Source of the DNA: Myxococcota bacterium
Lineage (GTDB): Bacteria; Myxococcota_A; Polyangia; Nannocystales; Nannocystaceae
NCBI GenBank assembly: GCA_039028615.1
Contig: JBCCHT010000002.1
Span: 224,001 to 288,000 of the forward strand
Direction of reading: 5' to 3'
Length of the DNA stretch: 64,000 bases
Shown here in pieces: positions 57,462-64,000 of the stretch. Under the pieces are notes generated by a model that was not told where the DNA came from, made no database searches, and saw only the letters and a list, made by a program, of their open reading frames with translations. How positions within the stretch are numbered: the stretch's first letter is position 1; each line of letters opens with the position of its first letter. The position numbers and the translations under genes are program-made.

Positions 57462-58717
57462 ACGTGCTCATCGCAGATACCATCGGAGCGGGACAGGTCG
57501 CCGGCATCGCCGTCGGCATGTTCACCGTCGTCATCTTGGCGCTCGTCGCCATCTTGGTCATGGCCCGCCGCAAGCTGGTCAACACCGCCGACGTCAAGAT
57601 CCTCGTCAACGACGACGAGTCGAAGGCGATGACGGTCCCGGCCGGGTCGACCCTGCTCAACACCCTCGCCGACCAGAAGATCTTCATCCCCTCCGCCTGC
57701 GGCGGCATGGGCAGCTGCGGCGTGTGCAAGGTGCACGTCAAAGACGGCGGCGGAGCCATGCTCCCCACCGAGGAGGGCTGGATCTCCCGCGGTGAGGCTC
57801 GCGAAGGCTGTCGCCTGGCCTGCCAGGTGAAGGTCAAGCAGGACATGAAGATCGAGGTCGAGCCCGAGGTCTTCAGCGTCCGCAAGTGGAAGTGCAAGGT
57901 CCGCTCGAACGAGAACGTGGCCACCTTCATCAAGGAGCTCATCCTCGAGCTTCCCGAGGGCGAAGCCGTCCCGTTCCGCGCGGGCGGCTACATCCAGATC
58001 GAGTGCCCCCCCCACGTCGCGCACTACAAGGACTTCGACATCCAAGAGGAGTACCGCGGCGACTGGGACAAGTACGACATGTGGCGCTTCACCTCGAAGG
58101 TCGAGGAAGACGTCACCCGCGCGTACTCGATGGCGAACTACCCGGACGAGGCGGGCATCATCATGCTCAACGTCCGTGTTGCTTCGCCGCCGCCGCGCAA
58201 GCCCGACGTCCCGCCCGGCCAGATGTCCTCGTACATCTTCAACCTCAAGCCGGGTGACGAGGTCACCATCTCGGGCCCCTACGGCGAGTTCTACGCCCGG
58301 GAGACCGAGGCGGAGATGGTCTTCATCGGTGGTGGTGCCGGCATGGCGCCCATGCGCTCGCACATCTTCGACTTGTTCCGCCGCCTGTCGACCAAGCGCA
58401 AGGTGTCCTTCTGGTACGGCGCGCGGTCGCTCCGCGAGGCCTTCTACCAGGACCACTTCGACAAGATCGCCGAAGAGAACCCGAACTTCACCTGGCACCT
58501 GGCGCTGTCGGAGCCGCTCCCCGAGGACAACTGGGAGGGCTACACCGGCTTCATCCACCAGGTGGTGATGGACAACTACCTCAAGGACCACGAGGCGCCC
58601 GAGGAGATCGAGTTCTACATCTGCGGTCCCCCCATGATGAACGACGCCGTCATCAAGATGGCGCTGGAGCTCGGCGTCGAGCCCGAGAACGTCATGTTCG
58701 ACGACTTCGGTGGCTGA
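57458..58717 (+). CDS. nqrF: Na+-NQR subunit F
   Basis: 2Fe-2[38 protein letters not shown]. Confidence 0.97.
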   Translation: MNVLIADTIGAGQVAGIAVGMFTVVILALVAILVMARRKLVNTADVKILVNDDESKAMTVPAGSTLLNTLADQKIFIPSACGGMGSCGVCKVHVKDGGGAMLPTEEGWISRGEAREGCRLACQVKVKQDMKIEVEPEVFSVRKWKCKVRSNENVATFIKELILELPEGEAVPFRAGGYIQIECPPHVAHYKDFDIQEEYRGDWDKYDMWRFTSKVEEDVTRAYSMANYPDEAGIIMLNVRVASPPPRKPDVPPGQMSSYIFNLKPGDEVTISGPYGEFYARETEAEMVFIGGGAGMAPMRSHIFDLFRRLSTKRKVSFWYGARSLREAFYQDHFDKIAEENPNFTWHLALSEPLPEDNWEGYTGFIHQVVMDNYLKDHEAPEEIEFYICGPPMMNDAVIKMALELGVEPENVMFDDFGG

Positions 58718-59789
58718 CTCGAGCCCCACCTCCGCGACACCGCGAGCGACCACCCGCAGGGCGTGGTTTCTCGCGGTGTTCGGCGTTTTGGCCGTCGTCG
58801 GGTTCATCGCCTGGTCGCGCGCCAACGTCCCGCAGCCCCCCGCCGACCGCCTGGTCTTCGAGGGGGGCACGATGGGCACCACCTATCGGGTGGTCGTCCG
58901 CGGGGTCGACCCCTCGCGCCGCGAAAAACTCGGCGCGACCATCGAGTCCGAGCTCGAGGCGGTGAACGCCTCGATGTCGACCTACAAGGACGACTCCGAG
59001 CTCTCGCAGCTCAACCGCAGCCCGGTCGGCGAGGCCTTCTCCGTCTCGCCCGAGCTCGAGGAGGTGGTGGCCCTGGCCGAGCAGGTCTCGGAGGCCAGCG
59101 ACGGGGCCTTCGACGTCACCGTGGGCGCCCTGGTCGACGCCTGGGGCTTCGGGCCGACCCGCGACGAGAGTGCCCCCAGCGACGACGAGATCGCCCGGCT
59201 CCGCGCGCAGATCGGCTGGCGACGGGTGCAGCGAAGCCCGGGCACGATGACGCGCACCACCGAGCTTCTGCGGGTCGACCTGTCCGCCATCGCCAAGGGC
59301 TACGGCGTCGACCGGGTGGCGGCCGCGCTGCGGGCGGCCGGCGTCGAGCACTTCATGGTCGAGGTGGGCGGAGAAATCCGTACCGCAGGCGAGCGCCAGG
59401 CCAACGAGGCGTGGCGTATCGGCATCGAGGAACCCCACGCCGATCCCGCCAAACGCAGCCTGCACCGCGTGGTCCAGCTCGACGACGCCGCCATGGCGAC
59501 CTCCGGGGACTATCGGAACTACCGCGAGGTCGACGGTCGTCGGGTTTCGCACACGCTGGACCCGCGCAACGGCCGGCCCATCGAACATCGTCTCGCCTCC
59601 GTCTCCGTCATCGCGGATCAGGCGGCGCTGGCCGACGCCTGGGCTACTGCCCTCAATGTGCTCGGTCCCGACGCCGGCCTGGCCCTGGCCCAGCGCCAGG
59701 GGCTGGCGGTGTACATGATCATTCGTGAGAACAATGGCTTCGAGACCCGGGCGACACCGGACTTCGAGCGTCATATACTCCCGCCATGA
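58710..59789 (+). CDS. apbE: FAD:protein FMN transferase
   Basis: [36 protein letters not shown]. Confidence 0.95.
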   Translation: MADSSPTSATPRATTRRAWFLAVFGVLAVVGFIAWSRANVPQPPADRLVFEGGTMGTTYRVVVRGVDPSRREKLGATIESELEAVNASMSTYKDDSELSQLNRSPVGEAFSVSPELEEVVALAEQVSEASDGAFDVTVGALVDAWGFGPTRDESAPSDDEIARLRAQIGWRRVQRSPGTMTRTTELLRVDLSAIAKGYGVDRVAAALRAAGVEHFMVEVGGEIRTAGERQANEAWRIGIEEPHADPAKRSLHRVVQLDDAAMATSGDYRNYREVDGRRVSHTLDPRNGRPIEHRLASVSVIADQAALADAWATALNVLGPDAGLALAQRQGLAVYMIIRENNGFETRATPDFERHILPP

Positions 59790-59989
59790 CGACGATCCTG
59801 CTCACCATCGGCATCGTGGCGACGCTCATGGGTGGCATGGCGATCGGCGTGCTGCTGTCGAACAAGCCCTTGCAGGGCTCCTGTGGCGGTATCGGTCCCG
59901 ACTGCGCTTGCGACGAGGCCGGCATTCCGCGGCGCTGCGAGAAGCCGCCCGGGCCCTCGCTCGTCGGCATGAACCTCAACCGTCGCTAG
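59786..59989 (+). CDS. nqrM: Na+-NQR maturation protein
   Basis: TM helix, MAIGV, GSCGG and downstream Cys residues, located after apbE. Confidence 0.85.
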   Translation: MTTILLTIGIVATLMGGMAIGVLLSNKPLQGSCGGIGPDCACDEAGIPRRCEKPPGPSLVGMNLNRR

Positions 59990-60044
59990 CGGCGACACGA
60001 CGGTCGAGCCGTCGGTCGTGTCGTGAACTCGACCGCCTGCTAGC

Positions 60045-61259
60045 GTGGTGCGGGTGGAGCCCCTGCCCTCGGTCACGCTCGGCGATCGGACCCTGTTCCC
60101 CGCCCTCGACTCGCGCGCTTACCTGAACCACGCCGCCATCTCGCCCCCCTCGTCGCGGGTGCAGGCGGCGGTGGCCACCCTCGTGGACGACTACGCCGCC
60201 AAGGGCCTAGGCGCGCTCCACCGCTGGCTGGACCAGCGCGAGGGCCTACGAGACAAGCTCGCCACCCTGGTCGGCAGCAGCCCCGACGAGCTCGGCTACG
60301 TCGCCAACACCACCGCCGGGGTCCGGGCCATGGCGCTGTGCATCCCCTGGCAGGCGCGTGACCGGGTCGTGCTGCTCAACGGCGAGTTCCCGGCCAACGT
60401 CACCCCCTGGCAGCAAGCCGCGCAACAGCACGACCTGCGGCTCACCTGGCTCGAGACGGAAGACTTCCGGGGGAGCTCGGGCACCGGTCTGCAGCGCCTC
60501 GAGCAGGAGCTGGCCGCCGGGGTGCGCCTCGTCGCCGTGTCTGCGGTTCAGTTCCAGACCGGCCTCCGCATGCCCCTGCGTGAGATCGGCGAGCTGTGCC
60601 GCCGCTACGGCGCGGAGCTGTTCGTCGACGCCATCCAGGCCTGCGGCGCGGTGCCCATCGACGTCGAGGCCAACAACATCGACTACCTGTCCTGCGGCAG
60701 CCACAAGTGGCTCATGGGGCTCGAGGGCGTGGCCTTCCTGTACATCCGTCGGTCCGCTGCGCAACACCTGCGCCCCGTCGTCGCCGGGTGGCTCAGCCAC
60801 GAGGATGGCCTGCGGTTCTTGTTCGAGGGCAAGGGACACCTTCGCTACGACCGACCGATCCGACGCCGCGCCGATCTGGTCGAGGGCGGGGCTGCGCCCG
60901 GAGCTCTGCTCGCCGCCCTCGAAGCGGGCCTCGACCCCATCGCCACCCTGGGCGTGTCCAACGTGTTCGAACACCTGCAGGGCTATCTCGAGCCGCTGGA
61001 GCGAGGTCTGGTCGAGCGGGGCTTCACCAGCCTGCGCAGCCCCGTCGCCGGCCAGCGCTCGGGCATCCTGTCGGTCGATCCGCCCGCGGACATCGACCTG
61101 TTGGCGCTCAGCCCCGCTCTCGGCGAGCGTCGCATCCACGTGTCGACCCCCGACGGGCGCCTCCGCTTCGCCCCGCACTGGCCCAACGGGCACCACGAGG
61201 TCCCCGTGGTGCTCGACGCCGTCGACGACGTCATGTCCGAGCTACGGCGCGCCCTATAG
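60045..61259 (+). CDS. Class V PLP-dependent aminotransferase/lyase
   Basis: YLNHAA, VDAIQ, GSHKW (PLP Lys), RFAPH. No cysteine-desulfurase catalytic Cys loop seen. Confidence 0.88.
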   Translation: MVRVEPLPSVTLGDRTLFPALDSRAYLNHAAISPPSSRVQAAVATLVDDYAAKGLGALHRWLDQREGLRDKLATLVGSSPDELGYVANTTAGVRAMALCIPWQARDRVVLLNGEFPANVTPWQQAAQQHDLRLTWLETEDFRGSSGTGLQRLEQELAAGVRLVAVSAVQFQTGLRMPLREIGELCRRYGAELFVDAIQACGAVPIDVEANNIDYLSCGSHKWLMGLEGVAFLYIRRSAAQHLRPVVAGWLSHEDGLRFLFEGKGHLRYDRPIRRRADLVEGGAAPGALLAALEAGLDPIATLGVSNVFEHLQGYLEPLERGLVERGFTSLRSPVAGQRSGILSVDPPADIDLLALSPALGERRIHVSTPDGRLRFAPHWPNGHHEVPVVLDAVDDVMSELRRAL

Positions 61260-62030
61260 CGGCTCGAGGCAGCGGTGGCCGAGCATCTCTTTGCGCTCGA
61301 TCCACGCTTCCATCACCTCGCGCACCCGCTCCATCAGCAAGGGAATCTGCTCGTCCGTCAGCCCCTCGGTCTCGATCTGCGGCGCGATGTAGACCTCGAT
61401 GGGGCTCGGCCGAATGGTGAACGATCCCTTGGGCAGCAGCCTCGATGCGCCCCGCGACATCACGGGCACGATGGGCAAGCCAGCGTCACGCGCCGCCCGG
61501 AACACGCCCGTCTTCAGCTTGCCCAGGTGAGCGTCGAGCGTGCGGTGGCCCTCGGGGAACGCCAGCACCGAGATGCCCCGTGAAGCTCGCTCACGGAAGG
61601 CTTCGGCGATCCGTCGGAAGCGGCTGGCGCCCTTGCGCACCGGGATGGCGTTGCTGATCCGCAGGAGCCACCCGTAGCCCGGCACGTTGAGATGCGACGC
61701 GTTCTCCAGCCCGCATAGCGGCACGCGAATCGAGCCGATGGCGATGTTGGCATCGAGCATCGTCACGTGGTTTTGCGTGTACACGGAGACCCGGCTGGGG
61801 TCGTACTTCTCGTCTCGGATCACCCGAAGCGGCGAGAACATCAGGTACAGCGGCCACGCACACTTGTCGTGGAAGACCTTGTGCTGGAACTTCTCGAAGG
61901 GAACGAACAGCACGATCGGCAACGAGATGATGGCGATGATCATCATCGTGCCCAAGGTCGAAAGCCAAGCGACCAGGGACCACGGGAACCACAGCACGCT
62001 TCCCAGCAGGCTTCGGGCGGGATTGGCCAT
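61254..62030 (-). CDS. Lysophospholipid acyltransferase (PlsC-like)
   Basis: NHVTMLD and FPEGHR motifs. Confidence 0.9.
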   Translation of the reverse strand: MANPARSLLGSVLWFPWSLVAWLSTLGTMMIIAIISLPIVLFVPFEKFQHKVFHDKCAWPLYLMFSPLRVIRDEKYDPSRVSVYTQNHVTMLDANIAIGSIRVPLCGLENASHLNVPGYGWLLRISNAIPVRKGASRFRRIAEAFRERASRGISVLAFPEGHRTLDAHLGKLKTGVFRAARDAGLPIVPVMSRGASRLLPKGSFTIRPSPIEVYIAPQIETEGLTDEQIPLLMERVREVMEAWIERKEMLGHRCLEPL

Positions 62031-62119
62031 GGCGGGATGATGCCCCACCCGTGCCTTGGGCGGGGACCTTCCCGCGTGAGCGGACCGGGTGCAATCGCGT
62101 GCGCAGCCCGAGCTCGTGC

Positions 62120-63271
62120 TCAGGGCAAGACTAGATCCGCCGCGACGGGGAAGTGATCGGACGCCACTTCGGAGACTTCACACTGGAGCGGATCGCCGGC
62201 CTTGCTCATCCAGCCGCCGCGCGGCGCATCGTCGACCCCGTTGTCCCGACAGGCGTTGTAGACCTCGGCCACCTGGAGCTGCGGACCCGCGAGCAGCACG
62301 TAGTCCAGGCGCACGAGATCGGCCCAGGTCTCGTCCCGAGCGCTGTCCTCCTGCGTCGCGTCGACCCGGGAAAACCCGAGGTCCGCGAAGGTCTCGAAGG
62401 GCTGGTACAGCAGCGGGAACTCGATGTCCGAGCCGACCTCGTACGAGTCGGGCAGACCGGGCGGAATGGACTCGAACACCGAGCCCAGCGCGGGGTCGTC
62501 GATGCTCTCGTTGAGGTCCCCGAGGATGACCATCGGGTCGCCGGGATACTCCGCTTGGTACAGCGCCACCGCCTGCGCCACGCGGTGCGCTTCGACCTGG
62601 CGACGGAACCAATCCAGGGGCTCCTGCCCCGACTTGAGGTGCAGCGTCACCAGCCCCAAGCGACACGGCGGCTCGCCTGCCTCCGCCAGGTCGGCCTGCA
62701 CGACGAGGATGTCGCGCCCCACGTCGTTGGACTGGCCGCCTGGGCTGAGCTCCGCCCCGCCGTAGGAGCCCACGATGCGCAGGCCGGGTCGGCTCATGCA
62801 CGCGTTCGTGAACTCGCCCCCGATCGCGGGCGGGCGGTTGCCCTGAATGACGTCGGGATAGCCCGCCGCATTGCCCAGCGCGAACAGGGACGTCGTCTCC
62901 CACTCCACCACCTCTTGCAGACACACGATGTCCGCGTCGATGCGCTGGAGGATGTCGACCGCCGCCCCGAAGCTGTCGGAGGCCTCGGCCCCCACGCTCT
63001 CGATGTTGAAGGTCGCGACGCGAACCGTTCGACCGCCGCACGCCGAGGGCTGCACCCCGGAGTCGCTGCTGTCGGCCGACTCCGCCGCCGAGTCACCGCC
63101 CGTCGTGTCCCCCGTGCCGAAGCTCGGGATCACGTTGGTGGTCATCGCCGGATCGGAGCCCGAGGACCCGCCGTCCCCATCGACGCCCAGCGCCGCCTCG
63201 AGGTTGCAGGCCAGCCCGAACCCGGCCAGCACCGCGATCCCGCTCCCCGTGATCGTGCCGCGTATGCTCAT
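62120..63271 (-). CDS. Endonuclease/exonuclease/phosphatase-family lipoprotein
   Basis: Lipobox GLAC; ATFNI, LQEV, HLKS, GDLN, RLDY, SDHFPV. Confidence 0.9.
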   Translation of the reverse strand: MSIRGTITGSGIAVLAGFGLACNLEAALGVDGDGGSSGSDPAMTTNVIPSFGTGDTTGGDSAAESADSSDSGVQPSACGGRTVRVATFNIESVGAEASDSFGAAVDILQRIDADIVCLQEVVEWETTSLFALGNAAGYPDVIQGNRPPAIGGEFTNACMSRPGLRIVGSYGGAELSPGGQSNDVGRDILVVQADLAEAGEPPCRLGLVTLHLKSGQEPLDWFRRQVEAHRVAQAVALYQAEYPGDPMVILGDLNESIDDPALGSVFESIPPGLPDSYEVGSDIEFPLLYQPFETFADLGFSRVDATQEDSARDETWADLVRLDYVLLAGPQLQVAEVYNACRDNGVDDAPRGGWMSKAGDPLQCEVSEVASDHFPVAADLVLP

Positions 63272-63424
63272 CCGCCCCGGCCGGGAGCTTATCAGCCCCT
63301 CGGAAACCCCGTTGGCCGCCCAAAGCGCCTTCAATCGACGATCCTTTGGCAACCAAGGCCACGCGCGTCCGTCTTTTCGAACCGAGGGACGACCGTCGTG
63401 CGTACGTCCTGGAGACACAGCCCC

Positions 63425-64000
63425 ATGACTGCACCCGAGACCCCCTCGAATACTCGTCACTGGGGCCTGCGCGCCGCCGGCACTGGCCTGCTGGCGTGCG
63501 GCCTCGGCACCCTCCTCGGCACGTCCCGCTACGTCGCCCTTCCCGGCGCGCTCGGCCTCGATTGGAGCCAAATGCCGCTGGCCATCGCGATCTTTGCCGC
63601 GTTCGCGGGGATCTCGGTCGGCCTGTGTGTGGGCGGCTCCACTCTGCTCGCGGCTCGCCGCGGGGCGGGACCGCTGGGGCTGATGCTGGCTGGCGCGGTG
63701 GGCGGATTCCTCTCGGGGCTCGGTCCGGGCGTGCTGGGCATCGCGGGCTTCGGCTCGCTGCATGCTCCGTACGCAGGGACCGCCAACATCCTCAGCTCGT
63801 CGCTGGTCGGGGCGATCACCTTCGTGGCTCTGTGGTCGCCGCAGCTGTTCCCGAACCGCGGAGGGATCTCGCCGCTGCGTCACCTGGGGCACGCGTCCAT
63901 CGCATCGATCGTGTCGCTGGGGGCCTTCGGCATGATGGGCTGGACCCTCGCCCAGGGCTTCGACCTCGTTCCCCGCTTCGACCAGATCGAAGCCACGGCA
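63425..64000 (+). CDS. Multi-pass membrane protein (3' truncated by window)
   Basis: Open frame from ATG 63425 to the window end with several Gly/Ala/Leu-rich TM segments. Confidence 0.65.
   Translation, partial: MTAPETPSNTRHWGLRAAGTGLLACGLGTLLGTSRYVALPGALGLDWSQMPLAIAIFAAFAGISVGLCVGGSTLLAARRGAGPLGLMLAGAVGGFLSGLGPGVLGIAGFGSLHAPYAGTANILSSSLVGAITFVALWSPQLFPNRGGISPLRHLGHASIASIVSLGAFGMMGWTLAQGFDLVPRFDQIEATA

Noticed and set aside
60045..61259. Cysteine desulfurase or selenocysteine lyase serving NQR or the selenoprotein
   Set aside because: The catalytic Cys loop of IscS/SufS is not visible; left as a generic class V enzyme.
62039..62058. Sigma-54 promoter upstream of the acyltransferase
   Set aside because: GG-N10-GC is present but the -12 element is poor and such matches are frequent in GC-rich DNA.

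Overview
High-GC bacterial DNA, most likely a myxobacterium (Nannocystaceae-like). This is inferred from the many Ser/Thr/Gly-linker lipoproteins, Hanks kinases and an FHA-sigma54 activator; a complete nqrABCDEF-apbE-nqrM operon suggests a marine or saline lifestyle. About 50 protein genes can be called. I saw no rRNA, tRNA, CRISPR array, integrase or transposase. Most notable: (1) a stand-alone type I-MYXAN Cas6/Cmx6-like gene (9107-9733) with no array or other cas gene, followed at once by a ~172-nt rod-like RNA candidate rich in G-U pairs and a perfect intrinsic terminator, which may be an uncharacterised Cas6/ncRNA module; (2) an AhpD-like selenoprotein that the ORF track splits in two (CxxU with in-frame UGA plus a SECIS-like hairpin, 5213-5767); (3) a 1.67-kb integrase-free insertion carrying an FGE/SUMF1-fold lipoprotein, bounded by an exact 53-bp direct repeat; (4) a deletion-fused T6SS-type adaptor/toxin/SMI1-immunity remnant; (5) a FadL-type transporter with two paralogous unknown lipoproteins. 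All calls come from reading motifs by eye; no database search or folding program was run.
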